Origin: an uncultured Nitrososphaerales archaeon
GTDB lineage: Archaea > Thermoproteota > Nitrososphaeria > Nitrososphaerales > Nitrososphaeraceae
DNA: 64,000 nt
Direction of reading: 5' to 3'
Assembly: GCA_963713605.1 (NCBI GenBank)
Contig: CAVQMO010000015.1
Span: 95,679 to 159,678 of the forward strand
Shown: piece by piece, positions 11,452 through 22,679 of the stretch
How positions within the stretch are numbered: the stretch's first letter is position 1
How the letters are laid out: each line of letters begins with the position of its first letter
The notes under the pieces: model-generated
Told to the model about the DNA's origin: nothing
What the model saw: the letters and a program-made list of their open reading frames with translations, nothing else
Database searches by the model: none
Translations under genes and position numbers: made by a program

Positions 11452-12046
11452 TATCAGTGTTCCGAACCCAATATTCCAGAAGCAGATAGTGTTTCGACAA
11501 CTTTCTTCACTATTATTTCTACTATTGCTTCGTCATCTTCTTCATCAATTGTGCTCTTCCCATCGTTACCATCATTCGAACCCAATGTATCGATAGACTC
11601 TTGTCAGTCTTCATTATTATCATTTGAATCTGATGTCTCAAGCGTATCTCCAGTAGTTGTTGTCTCATCATCTTGCTCGTTACTCGAACTCTGTACTCCA
11701 TCTTCATCATTAGATTCTGACGTTCCAACCAAGTCTTCAATGGTGTCAACCTTTTGCTCGTCGTTTGTGCTTTGTCCATCATTTTCTTCATGTCCGTCAG
11801 TTGAATCTGTGTCTTATACTTTGCTGGATGGTGTGTCTTGTCCGACTTCATCATCATTTGATGTCTCAGCATCGTCTTCGTCTATGGCATTATCATCTTG
11901 TTCTTCAGTTGCAGTTTCTCCGTCGCTAACTGGCAGTTGACCTTCTGAGTCGCCATCAATTGTACTGCACTATCATCATCATTATCTGAATTTGAGGTGC
12001 TAGTAGAGTCTTCATCATCTTGGTCTTCCCTTGTATATTTTGCCAT
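11452..12046 (-). pseudogene. Highly acidic low-complexity (D/E/S/T-rich) protein with frameshift and in-frame stops
   Basis: Minus-strand frame reads MAKYTREDQDDEDSTS...DDEEAIVEIIV; the Ser-rich + strand ORF 11392-11940 is its shadow; limits approximate. Confidence 0.55.
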
Positions 12047-12321
12047 TATACCATGAATATTGGAATTAATTTAATAAAAGAACTTCTAATACAAATTTAT
12101 TAATGGCTCATATCAAATGACGGATGTTATCAGACTAAAAGTTAATGCTTCTAAGATATCATATGATAATTAAAACGATATAAAATCACCGAAATAAAAT
12201 ACTCATTCTAAAATTTGATCCATTTTTCATGATAAACATGTTCTAAAAATTTAGAACAATACTGTCATAAGACTCGATCAAAACTTTAAATCTTTCACTT
12301 TAATTTGATATACTATATGCG

Positions 12322-12546
12322 ATGGGACCGGAAGAAAGAGAAAGACAGCTAGACGATCTGAGAAAGGAGATTGGTGGCAGACTTAATCCAGACGACGAGC
12401 AGGTGAAGGCTAGGATGAAAGATCATTATCAGCAGCAATTTAAGCGATTGATGACGCTAAAGCAGCACACGAAAGAGGTGATTCCTCAAATGCGATGTGG
12501 CATGAAAGGCTGGCTAGTGAAGTACATGATATTATCAAATTACTAG
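12322..12546 (+). CDS. Hypothetical protein
   Basis: 74-aa ATG ORF with TTTAAA box about 30 nt upstream. Confidence 0.4.
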   Translation: MGPEERERQLDDLRKEIGGRLNPDDEQVKARMKDHYQQQFKRLMTLKQHTKEVIPQMRCGMKGWLVKYMILSNY

Positions 12547-12652
12547 AATAATCAAGAGTTATTTTTGCGGATTTTATTCAGGGGCTTGAAGGTATATGCT
12601 GTTATTCGATAAGCTTATTATCAAGGACTATTTCATCCACCTGTAGTCATTA

Positions 12653-13255
12653 TTGTCAGGTCTCTTAACCACAGAACGACTAAAGAGCTTTAGTGACTCT
12701 GTTCTTCTTGTCGCCATTACAATACTGGCATATAATCTCGTCCCTCCATCAATTATGAATGGTGAAGTTAATCCAGATGAAATGAAGGATTTTTTTTATA
12801 ACTTATACGGGCTCATAAGTAGCTTCATAGTGATTTCTGTTTTCTGGATTTTTTCCATGTATTTTTTTGACTATCTAAAGTATCCAACTGAAATCATTAC
12901 ACTGATCTTTGTAACCTTTTTTGTATTGATACTGATAACTCCAATTACTACCGTTGGAGAATTACAATATAGAAGGTGGGAAGCGGTAGCGGTCTTGTCA
13001 TTATTACAAGTTTTTAATTCGATGATGTTGATGTTATTATGGTGGCTTTTGGGAAAAAGTAAAAATCTACAAATTAAAGAACTCGACAATGGTACTAAGA
13101 AAAGAATGTACATTAGACTAGCTGTCATTCCATCTCTTTACATCATTTCGATTGGTCTGTCTTTCTTTAATTTTAACGTGGCAGTTATTTTCCCGAAAAA
13201 AAAGATAATGATTATTCGCTACTGTACTACGACTGTACCTACTAAGAATGGATGA
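12653..13255 (+). CDS. TMEM175 (DUF1211) family K+ channel-like membrane protein, C-terminus possibly truncated
   Basis: RLKSFSDSVLLVAITIL signature; SFIVISVFW; five to six TM helices. Confidence 0.8.
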   Translation: MSGLLTTERLKSFSDSVLLVAITILAYNLVPPSIMNGEVNPDEMKDFFYNLYGLISSFIVISVFWIFSMYFFDYLKYPTEIITLIFVTFFVLILITPITTVGELQYRRWEAVAVLSLLQVFNSMMLMLLWWLLGKSKNLQIKELDNGTKKRMYIRLAVIPSLYIISIGLSFFNFNVAVIFPKKKIMIIRYCTTTVPTKNG

Positions 13256-13695
13256 AGTGTGCAGAAGTAGGTATATTTTCCTGGTTCAGTGGGCATTGTT
13301 ATGGGTTTACTTTGTTGATTTGCAGCAACATAACCTGAATCGAATTTACCGTCTGGAGTTGCTGTATCGGGGTTTCCAGAAGTAGCAGTATGAAGTGCAT
13401 TGTCTTTATTATCCCAAATTATTGTGCTACCAGGTGATACAGTTACAGTATCTGGTTCATAACCCCCTCCACTAGTCTTTGCTACTGAGCCTGCTGGCAT
13501 TGCCACGGTAACTTGGCCTCCGCTAGCCCCGGTTGCATTTGTAGCATTTGTAGCATTGGAGCCTTGTGCAAAAGCATGAGATGGACCTATGAAAACGAGT
13601 GATACAATCGCTGCTATGAATATCGCACTACACCCTGACTGCACTAGAGCCCTTTTATTTTTAAGGGTTGGTAATAACATGTCAGCTTGTTTCAT
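13219..13695 (-). CDS. Secreted plastocyanin/cupredoxin-family blue copper protein
   Basis: Signal peptide, WDNKDNALHTATSG and YTYFCTLHPFLVG type 1 Cu motifs. Confidence 0.9.
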   Translation of the reverse strand: MKQADMLLPTLKNKRALVQSGCSAIFIAAIVSLVFIGPSHAFAQGSNATNATNATGASGGQVTVAMPAGSVAKTSGGGYEPDTVTVSPGSTIIWDNKDNALHTATSGNPDTATPDGKFDSGYVAANQQSKPITMPTEPGKYTYFCTLHPFLVGTVVVQ

Positions 13696-14532
13696 TCATG
13701 CAAGTAATAGATATTCCGAAACAATGTTAACTTGTATTAAAAAAGGGAAGGCAGACGACAATGGTAAACATATGAAGCACTATTTTGTTCGTCGTCTGCC
13801 CTGAATTTTAGTATCAGCTTGTATTCATTATACTACTCATTCCTCTAAGTCTGATCCCTTCCTAACTCGGCGAAGGGTAAGAGGTGACTTGTGACCTGTG
13901 AAAATAAACTCATGTCTATCAACCAGGACCTCTATTATTACTATTCCAAGCCCACAGATCTTTTTTTATAATTTATTGTGTAAGTGGCCGCTGAATTACA
14001 GACATTCGCATGGTCTGCGGCGACGACCTGCAGATTTAATGTCCATCTTCCTTCCAGGCCGTCCTACCTTTTCATTATTAGGAGTAACCTAGTTGCATTT
14101 TTCCTAATCTCTGCCAAGTATTAAGTACCGATTGTGAGTATTTTGAGATGCCGTTAATCCCTATCGTGTGACCTTTTTGTGCGCTGGTTCCATCGACGGG
14201 TCACGAGCTGTCCGTGAGCCAACGACGGGCGGCTAGCATTAATGGTTAGGTTTCTTCTCTAGCCCTCCTACCTTGATATAGCCGCATTTCAGAAACCCTA
14301 AACTTCTCCATGTATGGGACAGACTTCTTACATAAGCAATTCTAAAATCCGTTACCATCTGCGAATTCTATGATTGTGTCCTAATGTCAAATGATCGCCT
14401 ACCTATTTTTAGTAGAATAACCAAGTTCCGGAATGTCTCTTAAAATAAAATGTAAAGGAATAGCACGGCAACTTAGTTCTGACAGAACCAAACAACCTGC
14501 ACAAGGTTAGGGCAGCGGCGGCTAAAACGCTC

Positions 14533-14694
14533 ATGAGATTAGACAAATTCTCTGGTCGCCGTACCTTCTTACTAATACTGATTGCGAAAGAAATTGACAG
14601 AGGGTATGAAAAGATATTGGCAAGAAGGAAGAGGAAAAAGTTTAAGATAGTAGAATTCTGGAACGGTAAAGCGGTAACACTACACCTTCCGTAA
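14533..14694 (+). CDS. Possible 53-aa basic protein (not in ORF track)
   Basis: MRLDKFSGRR...ARRKRKKFKIVEFWNGKAVTLHLP, followed directly by a T-rich tract. Confidence 0.3.
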   Translation: MRLDKFSGRRTFLLILIAKEIDRGYEKILARRKRKKFKIVEFWNGKAVTLHLP

Positions 14695-15229
14695 CCTTTT
14701 TTTCCTCTTTCTGTTTTACACCTAACCCCCGTACGCCTCCTTGGGTAGTTCTCTTATCTCTCAGAGATATAATCTCTCTATCTTGCGTATTCAATCAGTA
14801 CACAGCCACAAATAACTGAAGAATTAAAGAATATCTCTAACATTATTGCAGAAAGTAAGGTCACAAGATGATAAATCATAACGATAGAGTTATTCATTCG
14901 TAAACCTATTGGGAATAAAGAGCTGATGATGAAGGGAGATTGAACGCTTAATTAGTAAATAATTAGTAGGATGCGAGGAACACTGACTGTTACTATTTGT
15001 ATACATTCATACTATATTAAGACATAAATCTATTATCAAATCAATTGTGGAAGATTAACTCCTTTCCAACCTTGATCGTAAATACCTTGGTAATGTTTTG
15101 TCAGTACGTATTATGACAGTATTATTACCATTAATCATTTTTGATTGAATCGAGATTCTCAAATATGGAAGCATATGATAAAACTGTTGATTCGCTATTT
15201 TAGTATGTGTCATCTAGTCCTGCGGTAAT

Positions 15230-15420
15230 TCAGTTGTAATTCAAATGTGATTTCACAGTTTTAATCAGGTCATCCATACCTATTGGTTTTCTAATAAAGC
15301 ATTCTCCTTCCTGTAAATCTGGAAATATTCTTTTGAACTCGTTGTAGTATTCTTCATAGGCAGTCATAAAACATATCTTGGTTTTATCACCAATTTGTCT
15401 GATCTTTCCATATTCCTTGG
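15230..15420 (-). pseudogene. C-terminal fragment of a response-regulator receiver domain
   Basis: KIRQIGDKTKICFMTAYE...CFIRKPIGMDDLIKTV; N-terminal half absent. Confidence 0.7.
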
Positions 15421-15864
15421 ACCTTTTAAAAACATTGGATCCCTTCAAATTCGATATTATCTGACAACTGTAATCGCATTTTAGTTGTTCCAAGTTGTGA
15501 TATGCCACGTCATGAGAAATGTTATCGTAACAGCACAATAATGTCGATATGACAATATCTTTAGTGTGGAATGCTTCTGAGATCTGCCACAGCAAATAAG
15601 AATAGATAATTAAAGAAGAGGTAGGTTGGTGTGTTGTAGGGTCTGAGATATTATGGAAACCACACACCACACTAACCCAACCGAATATGCGTTGATTTCA
15701 ATATTTGCATACTCAACTTAATTATTAACGATAAAGATTGAATATGGACGACTTCAGTTAATAATGGCGCGGCATTAGTATTCAATCCGTTATCGAATTA
15801 TTGCGATTAGACCCTCAGAAATTTCATTCTTTCTATTACAACCGGTCGACAATACAACCAGAAA

Positions 15865-16197
15865 ATGATGAAGAACCAGCTATTGGTCGAAGCTGAGAAG
15901 CTTTATGAAAGGGTGCTTGAAAACATCACAAATAACGTAGTTAGTGATAATATATTGTCCACGTCATCAGTTGTGCAAAAAGAATCGGAAGAACAGAATT
16001 CGGATGATAAGCGAACGTCGTCAGCTTACTCATTTGTCAAAGAAGAGCGTACTTTGTTAGATCCTGAAGACAGAGAGATAGAAAGAAATTCGTTCGTAGA
16101 ACGTCCTGACGTACTAGCACTGGTCATGGAATGGTATTTTATCCATACAAAGGACAAGCATGGCATCCTAATTTTGATGCCCCAGTCTAAAACCTGA
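15865..16197 (+). CDS. Hypothetical protein
   Basis: 110-aa ORF, no recognised motif. Confidence 0.4.
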   Translation: MMKNQLLVEAEKLYERVLENITNNVVSDNILSTSSVVQKESEEQNSDDKRTSSAYSFVKEERTLLDPEDREIERNSFVERPDVLALVMEWYFIHTKDKHGILILMPQSKT

Positions 16198-16296
16198 ATT
16201 CAGATCTGCTCTCTTGTGGAACGCTGTATATTAGGTGTCGTTATATTCCTGTAGCATTAACTTACATAATATATAACATATACACGACTATACACT

Positions 16297-16878
16297 ATGT
16301 ATATATTAGTAATAGCAACATTGCTGCTTCTACCAATAGGAAATGTCCTAGCTAGTTCTGATTCTGACTTTACAGGAGAGAATTTCAAAGCATACAAACC
16401 TGATAGACCAGCTATAAACGAAGATTTTCATCCTGATAGAAGCTGCATGTTTGATGCATATCAGCTAAAATGTATTCCAGGTGCAGAACAAGATTGTCAT
16501 GAAGCAGGTTTTGGCAATAATGATGATTCAACTTGCTTCCCATATGAGGTCATTATTGGTGGATGTTCTGACGGCTATCATAGTACAGATGATGATGAAA
16601 CTGGTCAATGCTATCCTAACGAAGAGGGATGTCTGAATGATTACATTTTGCTAACAGGTAGGCCTGACAAAGGCGACCGATGTGCTGAAATGAATTACGA
16701 ATGCAATTCTGAGTCTCTGCAACGTTTTTCTTGCAGTCCAGAATTCAAGATAAATTGCGAAGATAACCAGAAACATTATCTGTGTAATGGACAAAGAGGT
16801 ATTAATGGTACTATCTACTGCGATTTGCTTCCACATAATGTGACGAGCATGTGTTTGAATAAAGACCTGGTAAAATAG
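16297..16878 (+). CDS. Secreted Cys-rich protein
   Basis: Signal peptide; SCMFD..QLKC, CFP, C.DGYH..DDDETGQC shared with 47832-49184. Confidence 0.75.
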   Translation: MYILVIATLLLLPIGNVLASSDSDFTGENFKAYKPDRPAINEDFHPDRSCMFDAYQLKCIPGAEQDCHEAGFGNNDDSTCFPYEVIIGGCSDGYHSTDDDETGQCYPNEEGCLNDYILLTGRPDKGDRCAEMNYECNSESLQRFSCSPEFKINCEDNQKHYLCNGQRGINGTIYCDLLPHNVTSMCLNKDLVK

Positions 16879-17312
16879 ATTGATAAAAATCTCTTTTTTT
16901 AACTTCTTTATGTGGCTCAAATTAATGTGGGAGGAGGGGGCACTAGTAAACTCCTCATTATTAGGTTGATCTGCACAGCAACTCCAATTTCCATTATATT
17001 TATGTATCCCGTCTTCCTGAAGGACACTATCCAAATTTATTACTATTAAATTTCTCGGCGACTTTGGCATCTCTTTAGGCCATGCTAACATACATACATA
17101 ATTTCATCAAAAATATCCTAGTGTGAAATTTGTTGTTTGTCTATACCCCCTATTTCGCCGGGCTTGTTGATACACATTCTTAGTGATATGGTAGCAAGGG
17201 AGAACTTGGTTTGTTCTTAATTATTTACTGGGGATATCCAGTACTTTACCTCATATGATTCAATGTCTGAGCCAAGGAAAATTTAATACAGTACCAATTT
17301 CGACTGTAATTA

Positions 17313-17960
17313 TTGGTTTTTAAAACCTGGTTCTCATGGCTTCGTGGTAGTGACAAAATAATAATCGGTAACTTGGAAAAACAGGGTGAAATACTTGTTA
17401 AAGCAACTTCGGCTCTGGTTACACTAATTTCTAATTATGACAAGAACGAACTAACTCAAAGAGCATCGGCTATTAAGGAATTAGAGCATGAAGGAGATAG
17501 ACTTACTCATGAACTTTTTACTTTGATTTCAGCTACATTTGTAACGCCATTGGATCGTGAAGATATCTCTGGACTTGCTAGTTCCATAGACGAGGTTTTA
17601 GATTTTACTGACGGAGTGGCGGACAGGTTTTTGCTATTCAAAATCAATAGGCCTTCTGCCTATATGACAGATCTCTCGAAGACGCTCTTTTTGGCATCAC
17701 AGGAGATCTATCATGCTCTCTGCATCCTAAGCAAAATAAAGAATTCACATAAGCTGATGGAATATTGTAATAACATAAAGAAGTATGAACACGAAGCAGA
17801 TAGCACTTACCGAAATGCAATCGCTGAATTGTTTGAGGTAAATAGTAATCCAATCGAGGTGATCAAACTTAAGGAAATCTATGAAAACCTAGAAGAATCG
17901 GTTGACAAGTGCCAAGATGTAGCAGATGTAGTGGAGGATATTGCACTCAAGTACGGATGA
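17313..17960 (+). CDS. DUF47 (PhoU-like) phosphate transport regulator
   Basis: IKELEHEGD, TFVTPLDREDI, YEHEAD, KEIYENLE..VDKC.DVA. Confidence 0.92.
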   Translation: MVFKTWFSWLRGSDKIIIGNLEKQGEILVKATSALVTLISNYDKNELTQRASAIKELEHEGDRLTHELFTLISATFVTPLDREDISGLASSIDEVLDFTDGVADRFLLFKINRPSAYMTDLSKTLFLASQEIYHALCILSKIKNSHKLMEYCNNIKKYEHEADSTYRNAIAELFEVNSNPIEVIKLKEIYENLEESVDKCQDVADVVEDIALKYG

Positions 17961-18061
17961 AAGACGACGAAAGAATAGAAAGCATGTGAGTGTGTAGAAA
18001 GCTCACTATCAACCGAAATTGTTAAGTTAATCAGACACTACAAATATCGAAGATTTTCTAC

Positions 18062-19079
18062 ATGCTCGAGGGAGCCAATGAATACGCAATATTGACATTT
18101 GCAGCAATAGGTACCGCTTTGTTTTTTGACTTTGTGAATGGATTCCATGACTCTGCTAATGCAATAGCCACTGTTGTAGGAACCCGTGTCCTCAAACCGC
18201 TTCACGCAGTCATTATAGCCGCATTTGCAAACTTTGTTGGGCCGTTCATTTTTGGAACAGCAATAGCTACAACAGTGGGTAGTGGGATAATAGAACCACA
18301 ATACTCTACTGTAGATGTTATCCTTGCTGGTCTGATAGGTGCAATAATCTGGGATTTAGTCACTTGGTATTTTGGTCTCCCTTCTTCGAGCAGTCATGCG
18401 CTTATTGGAGGTCTAGTTGGATCCGCGTTGATCGCCGGAGGTGGGGGAGCAATAATAGTTCCAGGCGTTGAGAAAGTTCTGATATTTATGATTCTATCAC
18501 CAGTAGCAGGCTTTGCGATAGCATTTGTTCTGGCTATGATTATCATATATTTCTTTAAAGACTCAAAACCACTACTCATCAATCGAGTCTTTGGGAAGCT
18601 TCAGATCGTTTCAAGTACGTTTCTTTTCGTTAACCCATGGAGCGAATGACGGACAAAAGACTATGGGGGTCATAACAGCGTTACTTATTGCCGGAGGGTT
18701 TATGGGCTCAGAGGATTTTGTAGTTCCCACATGGGTTATAATCAGTGCCGGAGCAGCAATATCAGCTGGAACACTCTTGGGGGGATGGCGAATAGTAAAA
18801 ACCATGGCGTTCCGTATTACCGAACTTAAGCCCTATCAAGGGTTTTGCGCTGAGACTGGTGGAGGAGTGATCCTCTCGGTAATGGCCGGTTTAGGAATTC
18901 CCGTAAGTACTACTCAAGCAATCTCAGGTGCTATTATCGGAGTTGGGTCAACAAGAAGGCTTTCAGCAGTTAGATGGGGTATCGGAAAGCGAATTGTATT
19001 CGCATGGCTTGTCACTATTCCTGCTAGCGCGGTAATTGCATCTATTGTAATCATAATTATTCAAGGTATCCTCTATTAG
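18062..19079 (+). CDS. pit: PiT family inorganic phosphate transporter, one frameshift in a T-rich tract at ~18620
   Basis: NGFHDSANAIAT, GLPSSSSHALIG, HGANDGQK, GIPVSTTQ motifs over two ORFs. Confidence 0.9.
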
Positions 19080-19269
19080 TAACATTGGGGTTTATTTTCA
19101 ATATTTGTTTAACTCGAAGTCATTAATTATTTGACAGTACAGATAAAAAGAAAGAGGACTAGGCATCAATTCATTTTTTTTGACTATTACAACAGGAGTA
19201 GGAGCCTCTTTCTTTGCTAAAGATACATTTTCCCATCCATGAATTATCAATGAATCTAATTGCGCTTGC

Positions 19270-19569
19270 TGCAATGTGACCATGACTTGGAATTAATAGT
19301 TCACAGTTAGACAAGTCGAAACCCAATACTCCTGCATTGTGACTAGCTGCAAATGTATCTAAACCTGAATCAAACAATGGGCTATGTTCAGTTCCATTTA
19401 CTTCTAGTTACTTAGCTGCACAGAAGCCATGCTCTGCGATAAATGGATGTACAAACCAATTTTCATTTAGAGAAGGACGAAATGCAACTTTGGTATTCGG
19501 TAATAGTATGTCCACACTATTATCAACTAAGCATGTAATTTCTGCGCTTTCAATATCTTTCAGGGGCAT
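19270..19569 (-). pseudogene. N-terminal fragment of an MBL-fold metallohydrolase
   Basis: MPLKDIESAEITCLVDN, AEHGF, LFDSG, SHGH; broken frame, truncated after SHGH. Confidence 0.7.
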
Positions 19570-19813
19570 ATCTTCAATGTTAACATCTCTTTTTGTTCTT
19601 GTCTTTCCATTTCAATCACTTCGGATGATATTTTTTCATGTATCATTACATACGGTATAGAATATATGGTGATAAATTATGGACGGGACTGCAACACCCG
19701 TATTCTACACAAATTTAGTAGCAGATGTTACATCCAACATTGCTATGGTTAGATCATTTGTAGCTAACCTTAATTGAAGCTCCCAACTATGGCAAAGTTG
19801 GTAGAGTAATTAC

Positions 19814-20002
19814 TTGGATGCCAAAGATGTAAGAATATTCTGTGAAATAGCATTCAAGGGTCTGGATTACGATTCTTTCACGGATAGACGAGTTAGCCCA
19901 TTAGCTATCCCAAGGAAGCTTGGATTAGATGAGAAGACCGTTCGGATAAGAGTAAAAAAGATGGAGGACGACGATGATACAATTCAGGCGGGGCAAATAT
20001 AA
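19814..20002 (+). pseudogene. AsnC/Lrp-like wHTH regulator N-terminal fragment
   Basis: MDAKDVRIFCE...KLGLDEKTVRIRVKKME. Confidence 0.6.
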
Positions 20003-20612
20003 AGAAAAATCTAAAAATATATTGGTGCTTAATGTAATTCATCAGTTGATTGCAATCTATCGATAACATTATTAGTACGGTAAAGTTCCATCTCCATACC
20101 GTAGTATAGATAAGTTCCCATTCTTAAAAAAAACGAAAGATTACTTAGTTCCAACTGCACCCTGTTCATATTCATCACCCGTCTCTCCTGCACCGGCAGT
20201 TCCCTTTGTCATACCGCTTCTCCTTGCTCTTTCGGCTGCTTCTTCTGGATTTGTACGAACTTGTTCGGGTTCTGTAATTCGGAGAGTAATAATCTCAATA
20301 TTTTTTAGATAGCCATATGAAACCTAGTAATATCTTACTTAACAACAGAATAGATGCGCCGGAATAAGGAATGTATCTTTGATTGCGATATTACTGATTT
20401 TGAATATATAAAGTTCAAGATAAAGGGTTCCATAATGGAATAGTATCCTTCCTCTACTACATTTAATTCCATTCAAAGAAATAAATAATATGGCATGGCA
20501 ATGAATTGTGTTTTTTTTGTTGGAAGAACGTCTAAGGCAAATTGGGTAAGGCTACTGATATTCTTTTATCTATAAATAGTTTGTAAACCACTTTCAATGA
20601 TGTACTATATAT

Positions 20613-22337
20613 ATGTCTGTAGATAAGACTGCACCCAAAATTCAGAGGGCTCTTGTTTTACAGGGTGGTGGTGCGCTTGGAGCATATGAAGCTGGTGTGC
20701 TTAACATACTATCTAGGAATCTCAGAATAGAAGACAAAGAAAATGGAGAAGAAAACAGGTTGCTCTTTGATGTTATCGCAGGGACATCTATAGGTGCGAT
20801 GAATGGTGCAATATTGGTAAGTCAATATTTGGAAACTAAAAGCTGGGAAAAAGCAACGGAAGAGCTTGAAAACTTTTGGACGGACCAAGTATCTTTAAAA
20901 TCTCTTGATATTGGTGAATTGAGTAAACCTTGGTATGACGAATGGGTGAAGAAAAATCCAAAAGCTGCCTCTGAAGAGGCTGCCAGGAGATACTATTCAG
21001 TTAAAAAATTGCTTCTGAATCAAGTGCATAATAATATGTATTACTTTCTAGGGTATGTCAAAGACGATAGGTTCTTTGATACACTACAGCTTCACACTCA
21101 ACTTCCAGCATCTTGCTTCAATAACGACTGGCTCTTGCATAGCAACAAGCCACTACGAGAAAGTATAGAGAAATATGCTAGATTTCCAATATTAACTGAT
21201 TTCAAGAATAAGCAACCTCGTCTACTTGTGTGTAGTGTGGATGCCGCCGAAGGTGTAACAGTAACTTTTGATAGCTATCCTAAGGAAGATGGCTCTAGAA
21301 AGTCAGAATATGGTAATTATAATAATGAAAGTGGATATGAAAATGTGATTGACTACAGTGATGGGGTCACTATAGATCATGTTATGGCGAGCGGTACATT
21401 ACCAGAATTCTATAACTATGCAGAAGTGTCTATTCATACAACAAATAAACAAAAGACTAAAGATCCAGCATCTCTGCCTATAATTAATAAAAGAAATAAT
21501 AATATTCGTTACTTTTGGGATGGAGGTTTACTTAGCAGTACCCCATTAAGAGAACTCTTGCATGCCCATCAAGAATATTGGAAAAACGTAGAAAATCTAG
21601 ATGAAATTCCAGAGTTGGATGTGTATATAGTTAATGTGCATCCCTCCAAGATCGACATTGGTAAGATTCCCATGGATCATAATGGAGTTAAGGATAGACA
21701 AAATGATATAATATATGCAGACAGAAATTCGCTTTATGACGAGAACATGACACGCCTAATTGGTGATTATGCTAATTTTGTTACCGAAATAAAAGATCTT
21801 CTTGAAGATGCTATCTGCAAAGTTAATGATGAAAAAGATAAAGGTGTTTTGAAGAGAAAACTTAACGATATTTTAGTAACAAATACTTCTAATATTGATA
21901 GAAAATGTGGAGCAAGAGATTACGAGGATCTTATAACGGGACAAATTAAGTTGAACAAGGTGATACGGATCGAGCGTGCAAATTATATTAATAGCATCTA
22001 TGGTAAAACAGGTGATCTAACATTTGAAACAATACATAAACTAATAAAAGAGGGAGAATGTGATGCATGGCTCTCACTTATTCAGCAATATATTCAAGAT
22101 ATAGAAGTAAGTGCTGACGCTGTCCATATAAGAGATAGTCTAATAAAAAAATTGCAAGTCATCATCAAGAACTTGGGAGATAATGACTACGAAGTAAATA
22201 ATTCTCATACACATCGTGAACTAACAAAATTTATTAACCAAATTAAAAAGAATAAAGAAATCATCGATGGCTTGAAAACAAATCAATCTACTAAACTTAT
22301 GAATTTGACAGGTAGATTTAGAACCAGTTTAGATTAA
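20613..22337 (+). CDS. Patatin-like phospholipase
   Basis: QGGGALGAY, GTSIG nucleophile, WDGG catalytic Asp. Confidence 0.92.
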   Translation: MSVDKTAPKIQRALVLQGGGALGAYEAGVLNILSRNLRIEDKENGEENRLLFDVIAGTSIGAMNGAILVSQYLETKSWEKATEELENFWTDQVSLKSLDIGELSKPWYDEWVKKNPKAASEEAARRYYSVKKLLLNQVHNNMYYFLGYVKDDRFFDTLQLHTQLPASCFNNDWLLHSNKPLRESIEKYARFPILTDFKNKQPRLLVCSVDAAEGVTVTFDSYPKEDGSRKSEYGNYNNESGYENVIDYSDGVTIDHVMASGTLPEFYNYAEVSIHTTNKQKTKDPASLPIINKRNNNIRYFWDGGLLSSTPLRELLHAHQEYWKNVENLDEIPELDVYIVNVHPSKIDIGKIPMDHNGVKDRQNDIIYADRNSLYDENMTRLIGDYANFVTEIKDLLEDAICKVNDEKDKGVLKRKLNDILVTNTSNIDRKCGARDYEDLITGQIKLNKVIRIERANYINSIYGKTGDLTFETIHKLIKEGECDAWLSLIQQYIQDIEVSADAVHIRDSLIKKLQVIIKNLGDNDYEVNNSHTHRELTKFINQIKKNKEIIDGLKTNQSTKLMNLTGRFRTSLD

Positions 22338-22679
22338 GTATTGAAAGAGAAGGAAATCTGAATTCATGTTTGAGAATATCTTGGAATGTGTTTACTTAGA
22401 GCCTATCCTAAAAATACTGTCTTCATACACTTTTAGCTCTTAGTCTGGAGTTTAAATACTAGAACCTTGAAAGAAATGATGTTGAATGTTTCTTACATTA
22501 TAAAAAATGGACTCAATCGATCCAATCAGGTCAGGAGTAAGAATTGGTTCGTAAGCCTGTATGGAGGTTAGAACTATTAACAAGATTGTCGTTTTATCTT
22601 TAGATCGTCCTCTTTGGAACCATAATAATATTACAAAGGCAACGCCGCACAATTCATTATAGAACGTCATGGCTTCATT

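Noticed and set aside
11392..11940. 182-aa Ser-rich ORF on the + strand
   Set aside because: Antisense shadow of the Asp/Glu-rich pseudogene on the minus strand.
8574..14434. ATAACYAAGTTCCGGAAT present at ~8574 and ~14417
   Set aside because: One 18-bp match with a mismatch is plausible by chance in 64 kb of AT-rich DNA; no shared context.
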